Assembly: GCF_001194135.2 (NCBI RefSeq)
Contig: NC_069002.1
Location: forward strand, 34,452,860-34,516,859
Length of the DNA: 64,000 bases
DNA from: Octopus bimaculoides
Taxonomy: Eukaryota
Direction of reading: 5' to 3'
In this document: positions 13,912 through 26,900 of the stretch, piece after piece
Numbering within the stretch: position 1 is the first letter of the stretch
Layout of the letters: each line of letters starts with the position of its first letter
Notes under the pieces: generated by a model
What the model was told of the DNA's origin: nothing
What the model saw: only the letters and a program-made list of their open reading frames with translations
The model's database searches: none
Made by a program: the position numbers and the translations under genes

Positions 13912-14020
13912 GCCTAGTCGACCACGGCGGAATTTGAACCTACAAGAAGACGGGCGATATGCTAGTAAGCATTTTGCGCAGCATATAAATGTTTCTATCA
14001 GTTCACCAGCTCACCGCCTT
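13912..14020 (-). mobile_element. SINE family B head fragment
   Basis: GTCGACCACGGCGGAATTTGAAC..TAAGCATTTTGCGC..AGCTCACCGCC. Confidence 0.7.
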
Positions 14021-14063
14021 GACATACGTACACTAAACATATGTAAATAAATATATGCTTACA

Positions 14064-14113
<50 letters not shown>

Positions 14114-15113
14114 TAAGGTTGAGGAGGGTATTGGATTTAACCAAACCCAAGAGGATACAGGTAATACCGAGTAAGTGCTGTATACCGATTAGTTTGCCCC
14201 AGTCGTTGTATGAATAGGATTGGGGATTATAAGTCGTGTATTAGCGTGTGTATNNNNNNNNNNNNNNNNNNNNNNNNNNNNNNNNNNNNNNNNNNNNNNN
14301 NNNNNNNNNNNNNNNNNNNNNNNNNNNNNNNNNNNNNNNNNNNNNNNNNNNNNNNNNNNNNNNNNNNNNNNNNNNNNNNNNNNNNNNNNNNNNNNNNNNN
14401 NNNNNNNNNNNNNNNNNNNNNNNNNNNNNNNNNNNNNNNNNNNNNNNNNNNNNNNNNNNNNNNNNNNNNNNNNNNNNNNNNNNNNNNNNNNNNNNNNNNN
14501 NNNNNNNNNNNNNNNNNNNNNNNNNNNNNNNNNNNNNNNNNNNNNNNNNNNNNNNNNNNNNNNNNNNNNNNNNNNNNNNNNNNNNNNNNNNNNNNNNNNN
14601 NNNNNNNNNNNNNNNNNNNNNNNNNNNNNNNNNNNNNNNNNNNNNNNNNNNNNNNNNNNNNNNNNNNNNNNNNNNNNNNNNNNNNNNNNNNNNNNNNNNN
14701 NNNNNNNNNNNNNNNNNNNNNNNNNNNNNNNNNNNNNNNNNNNNNNNNNNNNNNNNNNNNNNNNNNNNNNNNNNNNNNNNNNNNNNNNNNNNNNNNNNNN
14801 NNNNNNNNNNNNNNNNNNNNNNNNNNNNNNNNNNNNNNNNNNNNNNNNNNNNNNNNNNNNNNNNNNNNNNNNNNNNNNNNNNNNNNNNNNNNNNNNNNNN
14901 NNNNNNNNNNNNNNNNNNNNNNNNNNNNNNNNNNNNNNNNNNNNNNNNNNNNNNNNNNNNNNNNNNNNNNNNNNNNNNNNNNNNNNNNNNNNNNNNNNNN
15001 NNNNNNNNNNNNNNNNNNNNNNNNNNNNNNNNNNNNNNNNNNNNNNNNNNNNNNNNNNNNNNNNNNNNNNNNNNNNNNNNNNNNNNNNNNNNNNNNNNNN
15101 NNNNNNNNNNNNN

Positions 15114-15225
15114 AAAGAGCGTAGGCTCGAAACGTTAAAGACTTTCTCACCTCCCGAGCGGTAAACTAATGCATTTGCTTGTTGTTTACACACCCATGTT
15201 CGACCTTTTTTTAGTAAATTCCATC
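15114..15225 (+). repeat. Interspersed repeat terminus with GAGC-GTAG-GCTC-GAAACGTT (possible Penelope-type end); second copy at 33089
   Basis: The two copies share AAGAG..TAGGCTCGAAAC.T.AAAGAC..TCCCGAG CG..AAAC.A..CA..T.CTTGT.GTT. Family identity is an inference. Confidence 0.6.
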
Positions 15226-15273
<48 letters not shown>

Positions 15274-16384
15274 CATTCGAAGTCAACGAAATTACCTGGT
15301 GCGATTCGAAGACTTGAACAGTGGACACTTTTTGACATAGAAAATAAAAGCAGTTGATAAACAAGCGGTCAGTAAAGTTAGTGCAGAACATGTATATAAT
15401 TCATGGTTATAGGACTCTATTAATCTGGCATTAAAGAACCACATAAGTAATAACTGATTTTCTGATTGCCTTACTGTCAGACCTTCAAACCAAATTATAT
15501 TTAGAAGCACATTAAAATGAGTTGTGTGCTTCAGCTTTTGGAATCGGTAAAAACCGATTCGAAGAACACACAGCAACCAATTGCCGTTTCCAAGCATCCT
15601 GTATTCAAGTGTGATGCAATTTTTGCTTCTCAATGCTTTTCACCGTACAATAGCTTGCGTAGCGGCTTGGTTTGAAGACGTGGGATTTTTCTGACATTAT
15701 TCACTGGATAAATCTTAATGCAATAATAAAATGGCTTGGTGCCAAGCTGTCACAGGAATATAAACCTATTGTCTATTGGTTTTGGTATTGGCATTTTGGT
15801 TAATGCCTTTTGAGGGTGTCATTTCGATTTCTCTTTCTTAATTCTGTTGCCTTTAGAATAAGTCTAGATGTGTGAAAGGTGTTGTACTGTGCATATTCGT
15901 TCTTATCTATAAATATTTGCCTCGGGAATTCTGTATGATATTTAGCAAATAATGTAGAGATTTACATAAACATACACACAAAAACATGAGCGCATCAATA
16001 CATATAATAAAGGTAATTCACCTCCTCAAAACCTGAAACCATCACGAATAAATACATATGCAAAGTATCCAAGTACACACACATGAACACACAAACGCAC
16101 TCAACACATACACACATATAAATATAAATGCATGTATGTATATACACATACACATGCATATGTATTTATAAATTTGTATGTTTGTAAGTATACATATATA
16201 TATTTGTGTATAAACATATTTATTTATACATAATATATTGATACATGAACATATATATATATTGATTTGTACATACGTATATGTGTGATTACATGTGTTT
16301 TTGTGTGTATATTTGTCTATTTAGGAAATTGTGAGTGGTGTCTAAATGAAAACGATGGCAGTTAATACAGGTGGAAGAGTGCAG

Positions 16385-16600
16385 TGTATATTATTGTTAT
16401 TACTATTGTTGTTATTATTATCATTATTATTATTATCATTATTATTATTATTATCATTAATATTATTACGATTGTTGTTGTTGTTATTATCGTAATTATC
16501 ATTATCATCTCCATGATTATTATTACAATTATTATCATCGTCAGTATTACTATCATCATATTCATCATTATCATCATCATTGTTCTTGTTATTTTTATTA
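16385..16600. repeat. Imperfect (ATT)n/(ATC)n trinucleotide microsatellite
   Basis: Direct inspection. It explains the poly-Ile, poly-Asn and poly-Met ORFs. Confidence 0.95.
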
Positions 16601-17224
16601 TGTAGAGTTAACCATGTGTGTATGCTTTGTACTTTATATGAATAGGAAAGCAGTTTGCTTAAAGCAGTCATCAGATGGACTTAAATTCGAAGAAATTCAT
16701 GAATTATAGATAATACTGCTTTGCAAAACTATAGGAATGATCGATTCATCCAGGGGTTTATGCTTCCAAATTTATCATCATCGTCTCCTATAGCTACTCA
16801 TCTTTTCCCCCCTACTGCACGTTAGGTGCAGTCATATAATTAACGCCTTACTCCTCGAATTCATCCTTATGCACAGACTTAATTATATTTAGATATGAAC
16901 AGTATCATACTTTGTAATTTTATCGCTGCATCTCTATTCCAGTATATTTATCATAGAGCTCTCTGTCGTCCGTTATATTAAGAAGCGTCTTTTTACTCCT
17001 GTGTTCCACTTCTCCCGGCACAAAGTTTAGTATCATCAATTCTAGCCCGGGAGTGTATGTTTGAGGCATTAAGACTAAAAGTAATGTAGGCTGAGAGAGA
17101 ACTCTCAATATTTCCCTCTGTCACCCCAGTTTTAAACGTTGTAAAAGAGGACAGGCCACTTATTTTCATTTTACGATTGTTTTATTACGTGAATAAATAA
17201 TACACCTAACACAAATGGGTCTAG

Positions 17225-17372
17225 ATTTTAGCACAAGGCTAGATGTGCTCACCAGAAAGAAGGAAAGGTGAAGTCAACACAACGTAATTTGAACTCAGGA
17301 CGTAAAGAGTCCAATGAAATGCTGCTAAACAGTTCATCATAGGTGCTGAAGAGTCTGCCAGCATACCAGCTT
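17225..17372 (-). mobile_element. SINE family B copy (old-type tail, diverged)
   Basis: GCACAAGGC..GAAAGGTGAAGTCAAC..AATTTGAACTCAGGACGTAAAG..GCTAAAC..TCTGCCAGC. Confidence 0.65.
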
Positions 17373-17529
17373 AACTCATTTCATAACAATTCAAGTCAAT
17401 TAAGACAATAATGTATGGAGGCTCGGAGTGCAAGAAATAGCAGTCACACTCATCGATATTTTATGATAATCATCCACTACATCAGAGTCGTTGACGTGAC
17501 CATCTCCATGGTCACCAAGACGCCTATTA

Positions 17530-18300
17530 TATGGGAGAATCGGGCTAAATTTTACGTTTTTTTTTAATGTTTTCTTCTTTTCAGAATCAGCTCTATCGGT
17601 GAATCATCGGCGGCGTTGGAGAGCATGAAGATGACAGTTACACTTGAAAATAATTTAGCTAACATGGAAGAGTGAAAGCTATCTGAATATTGGAAAACAG
17701 TTACTCGTATCATGATGTTATAGGTAACACTTTGAACACTGTAAAGTCTATTAGATGTCATATGGAAAGCTGCAAAGGAGACTACGAAGTTATGGCGAGC
17801 AGGAGGGAACACAGCAGATGTTCTTACTAGCTCCACAAGCCGAGGACCATCCCAAAATCATTGAGAATGGCCCGAGACTCAATTCAGACGGCTATGTCAA
17901 ACTGTTAGAGGCCTCGGTCAAACCCAGTCGCATGGAGGTTGTAACTAGAAAGATAAATGTGAGACAGGAGGATTTTTCCTCCCTGCCATACTACCAAAAC
18001 AATACAGAAGCGCTTGTTGGAGATTTTCTGCGACTTCATCGGTGACAATTTTTGAACTCTCAACTCCCCCGCATTTTTATGCGTTGGATTACTGTGTTAG
18101 GAGCGCATTTGAGAAAGCCAACATCTCCTTTGCCTGTAACATCAATGCCAAATAGTGGTCAAGATCTACAGGATTTTTGAAGATCCTCCCACAGACACAC
18201 TGAGGAATGCATAAACCGTGGTGAAATTTCAGGGCAGCTTCGTTGAGCAAATTGTAATCTCCCAACCATAATCTATTTGGTAATGTTGGCTTTCTGAAAA
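17530..18300 (+). mobile_element. Degenerate Tc1/mariner transposase, DD37D (maT)-like, central part deleted
   Basis: NTVKSIRCHMESCKGDYEVMASRREHSR jumps to HPKIIENGPRLNSDGYVKLLEASVKP, followed by a decayed QQD and a DYCV-type (DYFVW) region and the C-terminus. Confidence 0.75.
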
Positions 18301-18775
18301 ATTTCATTTTTGAACGTGATACTGTGTTTTAATTTCCTTTTTCTGCAGACTCTCACATTTCATCTAAGCATCATGCATTTACATGGTAACATAACCTCAC
18401 CGAATTACGGCGTCTTTTGTCCACGCAGTACACGCAATATTATGTGGAGGGACATCCATTTCTAGTCTTTAGTTCTTCGTTCTTTTTAGCCTGCAACATC
18501 TTATCAAGAGACTTGAAAACTGAAGTAGACGCAAAACATTAATATGTTGGGCGGAAACTGAATCTAGGAAGAAGCAATGGCAGATGGGCATAGAATCACA
18601 TATACGCGTGTTCACGCGCAGTCAAGCACACACATGTACCCGTGTCCATGTAAGTACACATATCTGCTTGCATATTCAGATACTCACACACACATACGCG
18701 TATGCGTACACACGCACATTCCGACACATATATAGATATACATATTGATACCTAGAGTTTATATATGTGTGTGTG

Positions 18776-18806
<31 letters not shown>

Positions 18807-18816
18807 NNNNNNNNNN

Positions 18817-18857
<41 letters not shown>

Positions 18858-19904
18858 AAACATATACATATAGTATACACGTTAACACATAGAAATATAT
18901 TCAGATGCAGACACACATTCACAGTCACACATTTACACATTCACACACATGCATATATGTGTATATAGATTATCAAAAAAAAAACTTCCACACAAGAACG
19001 AATCGTATGTGAAATTACTGTTTACTTATCAGTTCAAATATGTTTCGTTGATAAATAAACATTGGCTGAAAACGTGTTTATACAACACAATAATAGCAAG
19101 TTTCTGTTAAAACATCTCTTCTCTCAACATTTTTCTTTTTCTATGAAAATAGAGAAAATAAAGAATTTGAAATTTAAGCACAGCAAATAAAATAATCCTT
19201 GTTGAGTAAAATAAGGAAAGATTTCTTTGTTACCTGACAAATTTAAGAAACATCATGATAATAAAAGTGGAAGGAGAGACAAAACAGAAATCAGAATGAG
19301 AAAGAGAAAAATCGCTTTTCCATTGAACTTCATAAATATATTAATAAAATATAAGTAAATTTCGGATTCTGTGAAATTAAATTAATGCATGGATTACGGA
19401 ATATAACATCGATGGATTCTTGTTCAATAAATCATATAATATATCGTGTTGTGGTTGTGTGAAATGCTTGAAGAATTTTATTTGCAACGTTTTCCTTAAC
19501 TCTGTAACAAAGAATCTAAAAATAATATAATATAGTTAAATAAACGCCCCGGAGGAAACTAATAGATATCATTGTCAGAAGAATGCAATGCATGTTAATA
19601 TAAAACATAGACTTCAGTGACACGATAAGATATTGAACATACAATATCGTTACAAAAAAAAAAAAGATGTTTGAAATATACCTGATAGGCTGTTTATTGT
19701 TATATATCATAAATAAATTTACTGCAGAGTCGGATATAATGGATGGCGTTAATTATTCCAGTACTTCACGATCTGATTTCAATATCAGCTGACCTTGCAT
19801 TTATATCTTATTTTTACAGGACCAATAAAAATATACTAAAGCAGTGGATCGGAGTGGGGTTGGAACTTAGAACGAGATGTTTAAATAATTTCGGTAAAGT
19901 TTCT

Positions 19905-20140
19905 TATTTCTTTATTGCCCACAAGGGGCTAAACATAGAGGGGGGAAAACAAGGACAGACAAACTGATTAAGTCGATTAAATCGACCGCAGTGCGTAACA
20001 GGTATTTATTTAGTCGACCCCGAAAGGATGCAAGGCAAAGTTAACCTCAGCGGATTTTGAACTCAGAACGTAACTGCAGACAAAATACCGCTAAGCATTT
20101 CACCCGGCGTGCTAACGTGTCTGCCAGCTCGCCGCCCTCG
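19905..20140 (-). mobile_element. SINE family B, full length with perfect 14-bp TSD
   Basis: Pol III A-box-like TGGCAGACACGTTAG and B-box-like GAGTTCAAAATCC on the minus strand. TSD TCGGTAAAGTTTCT at 19891-19904 and 20141-20154. Confidence 0.92.
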
Positions 20141-20395
20141 TCGGTAAAGTTTCTGGCAACTCAAATCTTGAGGCTAATACCCCTACCAGACAACTATCTA
20201 CAATATTTGTACGGAGCTGAATCTGAGAATTCTGGGATAACACCCGGGTTACTAACGTGTTGAGAAGAGGAAACTGCATACAACGGTAACGGCTACTCTA
20301 CAATAAAACTAAAAACAACCTTTCTCTCAACATCATTTCGATAAAAGAATTTTAAATGCAGATCCACAATATGACAAGGACACTAAACAAACCCC

Positions 20396-20542
20396 AGAAA
20401 GAGTGAAAGTTGTGGTGAAAGAGTTTTGTTGAGCTTTAAGAGTTTTCGCTCAACAAACATTCACAGTGCCCAGTCTGGAAATCGAAACCGCGATCCTATA
20501 ACCGTGAGTCCGCTGCCCTAATCACTGGGCCATTGCGCCTCC
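20396..20542 (-). mobile_element. SINE family A, tRNA-like head fragment
   Basis: Reverse complement GGAGGCGCAATGGCCCAGTGATTAGGGCAGCGGACTCACGG..GCGGTTTCGATTTCC matches the head of 46963-47341. Confidence 0.85.
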
Positions 20543-20938
20543 ACAGAGCTCCAGTACTGATATGAAACCGCCTTAGGCTTTTTATCAGTAGAAGGGTTTG
20601 CGAGAATTACCGGCTCACTAGAAATCAAACACGTTCATCACAAAATAAAGTTCTGATTAAAGACTAAATGAGGAATGCCTGATAAAATATCAAAGGAAAC
20701 GGAATGGATAGAGCAGGAATTCATTTTTATAGCATGATTATGGTTGAATAATCAAGAATTATATCGGTTTAAGCAAAAACAGCAAGAAAAATAGGAAATC
20801 CAGGAACATAAAATGGACTCTCTGCATGACCACATGATATGCTAGAAGTAGCAGCGAAAGCTGCCGCATATCGCCCGCGACGGTTTTACAAACTAAAGTA
20901 AATATTTGAAATCTACATCTAGATATTATTGGCTGTGT

Positions 20939-21142
20939 AGCGGCGCAGGAGTGGCTGTGTGACAAGAAGCTTGTTTCGCAACCACGTAGTGCCAGCGGCG
21001 ACACCACTCGTGGCACCTTCGGCAAGTGTCCTCTACTACATTGTCGGGCCGACCAAAGCCTTCTAAATGCATTTGGTAAGCGGAAACAGAAAGAATTTCG
21101 TCGTATATATATGTGTGTGCATGTGAGTGTGTATGCATGTAC

Positions 21143-21186
<44 letters not shown>

Positions 21187-21360
21187 GGGTGTATCTATGC
21201 GTTAGCATCTTTGCGTCTGCGTTTGTCTCCCACCACTGCTCGACAACCGTTGTTAGTGTGTTTACGTTCCTGCCACTTAGTCCTGCTTGCGATTCGTTTG
21301 ACTAACACCCTTCAAGACGGTGCCTCAGTATGGTTACGCTCAAATGATTGAAACAAGAAG
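20939..21360 (+). mobile_element. SINE family C, near full length, with internal (TG)/(TA) microsatellite
   Basis: Head GGCGCAGGAGTGGCTGTGTGACAAG..GGCACCTTCGGCAAGTGTCCTCTACTA..CGGAAACAGAAAGAA, then a microsatellite, then a 3' part matching 29905-30110. Confidence 0.85.
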
Positions 21361-22422
21361 CATTTAAAAATTAAAAAAAACAAGAAATATAGAAATATAC
21401 GCGATGGTTATCGATGGGACGTTCTCTTTTCAAATATAAATAGTGAGGCCTGATAAACATAGCATACAATTTTTTTTAATAGGTCTATTACAATGAAGCG
21501 TTCCCAGAAAAAATAATTAGTGGAATTGGTTAAGATATATTTCCGAAAATATAAGCTTTGTTTTGTTGTTTAAAACTTTTAGGATATCTAGTTCTCTATT
21601 ACCATGTTTCTTGCCTTTCGTTTCAGGAACCATAGAAACAGAAAAAATATTTTTCAGCTCAGACATGAATCCACATGATGTGATGCATATAGAGTTTCAC
21701 TGAAGCGGAAAAAAGCAATTCCAGTCGTGTGAAGAGAATACGAAAATAGAAAAAAAGTGAATTATGAATAAAAACAAAACTCTTAAAAGAACACAATTTC
21801 CAATTCCTTAAACATAACTGAAACGACGTTATCTTCATTGAGAAATATTTACTGACAATTACTACATATATATCTAAGACATACACTAACACGTTACCCC
21901 ATTTTTGTTTTTCATTTTCATTAAAAATTTATTTTAAATCTTCAAAAATATTCAAATTTCTAGACCGCAAATTATCGAGTCTAAGAATTAGGAAGGAAAC
22001 ATTTCACCTGTTTTTTTATGCTTCAACTGCATAAGGTGTGCAACTGCGAGTGAAATATTTTAGTTAACGTACTGAGCTACTGATGCCCTGTGTTGTCTTC
22101 ATATTTTTTTGCTGCTGTAATTCCAAGATATACTTTCATGAAACAAGATGTGCTGCATACTATTCTTATGTCTGCCTGTCTGTATAAATATATATATATA
22201 TATATATATACATGTATATGTATATATACATATATATAATTACACAAATGTGTGTGCTTGTGTGTGGAAATATGTCTGTGTGTGCCTGAGTGTGTTTGTG
22301 TGTGTATAGAAACAGATAGAGTGACAGACAAACAGAGATAGATAGATAGATACTTAGATATAGATAGATAAATTCATTCATATCACACTTCTCCCCGTGG
22401 ATGCTTTTCGGCATTTACTCAC

Positions 22423-22571
22423 CATGATATGCAATGCGTTGAATGAACAGAGATATTTGTACTGACTCGTACTGATTGAAATAACCGGCAAATCCCTTAA
22501 TTTTGAGTCTTTTTTGTAACGTAGCCCTTTGGATATCTAACAGACAGAGAACATTCGAGATGTCGTTCAAC
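22423..22571 (-). CDS. Candidate internal coding exon of an unidentified gene (149 nt, phase 2 to 1)
   Basis: Acceptor GTATTTCTAACAG|G, donor ATG|GTGAGT, and a single open frame LNDISNVLCLLDIQRATLQKRLKIKGFAGYFNQYESVQISLFIQRIAYH. No protein family recognised. Confidence 0.3.
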
Positions 22572-22729
22572 CTGTTAGAAATACCAGTTGAATGTCATTA
22601 AAAGAAACTAAAACTAAGTCGGAAGGGGTCTATTAATGTAAATAGTCTTAGATAGAAAATAGGCAAGGAGAGAAGAGCCAGTTGGTCACAGTCAGCATAC
22701 ATATCATTTTCTACTCTAGGCAGAAGGCT

Positions 22730-22880
22730 CGAAATTTTGGGGGAGGAGGGCCAGTTGATTGGGTCGACCCGAGAACGTAACTGGTACTTAATTTATCGAC
22801 CTCGAAACGATGAAAAGGAAAGTCTACCTCGGTGGAATTTGAACTCAGAACGTAAAATCAAACGAAAGGTCAACATACAT
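22730..22880 (-). mobile_element. SINE family B copy (old-type tail)
   Basis: GTCGACCCGAGAACGTAACTGGTACTTAATTTATCGACC..GGTGGAATTTGAACTCAGAACGTAAA. Confidence 0.8.
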
Positions 22881-24385
22881 ATTGTCGCAGATCTGTTGGA
22901 TCAGAAGACACATAATGCTACAAAATAATGTTAATAAATTTGAATAAACGGAAAGGAACGAAAGTAGATAAAATGTTTAAAACAGTTTGGTCATTCTCAG
23001 CCTCACTCTGAATCTGAATTACAATGAATTTAAGGCTTTAAATACAATATAGTCAACCACTTACACAATATATCACATGTGACTGTACACGCAATTTTAA
23101 AGTATAATCTATGACATGCACATTGCTGCAATAAGCTTGATAGGGATTTCATTAACAGTATAAATGTACGATGACTACTTAAATATATTCATTATATTAA
23201 AATTAATTTCTGTGTTCAGTTTTCCTTAAGACAAGCTTCGTCCAAATCAATCGAAATAGTTATTAAAGTTTGTATTTTTGTATTCTAGCCTGTTTCGGGA
23301 ATTAAAATATGTCAGAGAGTGAAACGTTTACCGCTAAAAACATAAAGTCAGAGAATGAAGTGTTTGCAATTATTACACTATTGAAATTGGGCAGAGTTCA
23401 ACATCTTGCAGAAGTTTATTTGTCTATTATCATATATTTGTGTATAAGTTTCAATGATTGAATTATGTCTAAGCTAAAGCCAAACAAATTCTAGCTTAAT
23501 TACTAAAAAACCCTATAATGATGTATGTAGACGACGACTAATTTTCTAAGCCTTGTATAAATGAATGACTACGTACACCTTGACAGTATTTGAACTCAGA
23601 AAGTAGAGACATGAGAAAAATACGGAACACAATTTTGAACTACGCTCCACTAAAACTACCGACTTTTCAAATAAAGAACTCAAATTTATATACATATGAA
23701 TATTTGTGCAATTTGGAATCTCAGAAAGCCAATAGGTCGTCATGGGAAAATAGGTCAGGCAAGCGATAAAGTACATATTTAACTTGTGTGCAGTATTATA
23801 GACTTTTTCATTACAACACATTTCAAGTCCGAGAGTGTGTATAAGTGGTTGTCAGAGGAAAGCATATTAAATGCTATAGATCATACATTTAATTGCTCCG
23901 TTCATCTATAGAAACATCAGCTACACTCAAAAATTTATTGAATATTTCGTTCTCATATTTAATTTTAAGTTATGAGATGTAATGGTGAGGGTGGTTTGGA
24001 GATGGAAGCTGTGTTTTCGAATATATGATGATGTCTGCTACTGATATTAAAACAAGTAAAATTGTACCTTCTAAGCTTTCATGTGATTGCTTTATTCATT
24101 CATTTTGCATAATAGTTTTGGCTATCTGGGAATTTGGTACAACCACAAATTATGTTTTCCTTTCGCCTTGCTTCGTCTCTTACGCTTTACTTAGCGCCTT
24201 CTAACTGTCACGTTATATACATATGTGCATATTTCATATACATACTTATATGCTTATATACATATACTTATGTATATGTGTGTGTGCCTATGTGCGCGCA
24301 CGTGTGTTTATAAACTATAAATTGCATGCGCTAAAGTTTCACCAAAAGTTTTGCTTGTTCATTATTTATGTCTAATATATATACA

Positions 24386-24426
<41 letters not shown>

Positions 24427-24493
24427 GCATGTATAATTGAATATATTTACATAGAGATATGTGTGTGTGAATAGGTTTTTAAATATATATGTA

Positions 24494-24529
<36 letters not shown>

Positions 24530-24964
24530 ATATATAAAAATGTCTACACCTACGTACACACAGGCACACATAACACACATACATATATATATGATATTCA
24601 ATAGATATTCATATATGTATATACACACACATATGCACACACACACACACACATATATATTGATATATGTTTTAATTTTCATCGATATGTTAGCAACAAA
24701 AGTGGCTCAAATTAAGAATGATTTGTTTAAAGTAGATATAAAATCGATGGCCTATCAACATGGATTCGATTATTCAAAAAAAAAAAAACCTTTGAGTAAT
24801 CCAAATCTGAAGAATAACATGATGTTTATGAAGTAATAACGCATATACACCAATGTTTTGTTTCATTATCCGCCTTCATTAGCCCACGGCACTGGATGCT
24901 ATATTACAATAGCCTTTACTGCACATCAGATAAACCAATTATGATTGAGAAATTTCTGATATGA

Positions 24965-25290
24965 AAAGAATTCCCGAATTAGTTGGTGGAGATGCAGGCT
25001 ATGATTGACAACGATCCTTCCAAGTCAGTCATGTCCATCTCCAGGGCAGGGGAGTGTCTGAGTTTCTCATCAGGGAGGTAGTGCATGAAGACATTCAGTA
25101 TTCCTCATGCAAGATGAGAAAGGGCCAAATTTTATTCCAAGCCATCAAAGACAAGACGAAAGACCGCGTTACAAAGCTTTTGAACAAACTCAAGCATCCC
25201 TTCCTATCGAGCAAGCTTCGGTTTTTCTCAGACGAGAAAAACTACTTGCAGGATCAGTTGGTGAACACACAGAAGAACGGTTGGCTTGCC

Positions 25291-25297
<7 letters not shown>
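24965..25297 (+). mobile_element. DD37D (maT)-like transposase N-terminal/catalytic-start fragment, truncated at a (TA)n tract
   Basis: MQAMIDNDPSKSV..VSEFLIREVVHEDIQYSSCKMRKGQIL..KLLNKLKHP..FFSDEKNYLQDQLVNTQKNGWLA. It contains the first catalytic Asp (SDEK). Confidence 0.85.
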
Positions 25298-25348
<51 letters not shown>

Positions 25349-25844
25349 ATGTGTATGCACATGCATAGATATGTAGATACATATGTTAATAGAATAAGTT
25401 TAGCGTGTGCCTGTCGGTAGGGCTTGTGATTTTCTAGGCCCCTTATGCATATATTTGTCCACGTGTTTCCAAATATAGTGATATTCATTTCAATGCACAA
25501 ATCTGTCTCTCCAGAACAAGAAAAAAGAATTGAAATAAAACATATAACTCACATCTTAAATGAAGCGACTTTATTTAGATATACTAAGAAAGCAGATTTA
25601 TCAGAATGTCTTTGGAAAAACCTTTCTCTCTTCTTATTTAAAGTGACGTTTATATTTAATCTTTTGAAGAAGTGAGAACTTGCTACAAAATATCTAATTC
25701 CTAATAGAATAAAAGTTTTCCTTCAGAATATTTTACTGTCTAACACAAGCAAGTATTACTTGAGGTTTTCTTCAATGTAATATTTCTTGTTTTTTTTTGT
25801 TTTTCTAACTCTTCTTAAGTTTATTCTACTCTGTTTTTCAGCTA

Positions 25845-25884
<40 letters not shown>

Positions 25885-26415
25885 TATATCTCTTGCCCAT
25901 AAGTTTTTTTCATATAAAATATAGTGAAAAACCTTTATTTTTTTATCACATCCACAAAGACAGCAACAACAACCAGACAATAAAAATAATAATAATATTC
26001 ATCAACATCCTCATCCTCCAAATCATCATCGTCGCCGTCATCGTGCTCCTCATCACCATGAGGATCATGAGACATGTAGTATAACGTTTAAATATAATAT
26101 AATATGTCGGTGAAATGATAAAACTCGTATTTAAAAAACGAAATGTGATATCAAATTTAGGCAGAAGCATGTTGTATGAGAATTTAGCTCTGGAGATACA
26201 TTGAGATTATGTTAAAGAAACCGTTGTAGTTGGAGACGCAGTTATACAGATTACACAAATTCGCATGCACTCAGAAGCACTCAGTCCTACACTAAGACAC
26301 ACTCACATGCAAATACGAACAAACACGCACACGTAAGTATAAATATATGTGTGTGGATATGTGTATACCCTTATGTTTATGTATATCTGTATACATATAT
26401 ATGTGTGTGTGCGTG

Positions 26416-26454
<39 letters not shown>

Positions 26455-26867
26455 NNNNNNNNNNNNNNNNNNNNNNNNNNNNNNNNNNNNNNNNNNNNNN
26501 NNNNNNNNNNNNNNNNNNNNNNNNNNNNNNNNNNNNNNNNNNNNNNNNNNNNNNNNNNNNNNNNNNNNNNNNNNNNNNNNNNNNNNNNNNNNNNNNNNNN
26601 NNNNNNNNNNNNNNNNNNNNNNNNNNNNNNNNNNNNNNNNNNNNNNNNNNNNNNNNNNNNNNNNNNNNNNNNNNNNNNNNNNNNNNNNNNNNNNNNNNNN
26701 NNNNNNNNNNNNNNNNNNNNNNNNNNNNNNNNNNNNNNNNNNNNNNNNNNNNNNNNNNNNNNNNNNNNNNNNNNNNNNNNNNNNNNNNNNNNNNNNNNNN
26801 NNNNNNNNNNNNNNNNNNNNNNNNNNNNNNNNNNNNNNNNNNNNNNNNNNNNNNNNTTTGTACGTGT

Positions 26868-26900
<33 letters not shown>

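Noticed and set aside
16815-16833. Small hairpins (ACTGCAC-GTTAG-GTGCAGT; also near 36556, 50795 and 55277) as Helitron ends or terminators
   Set aside because: Stems of 6-8 bp are expected by chance in 64 kb, and no CTRR terminus follows.
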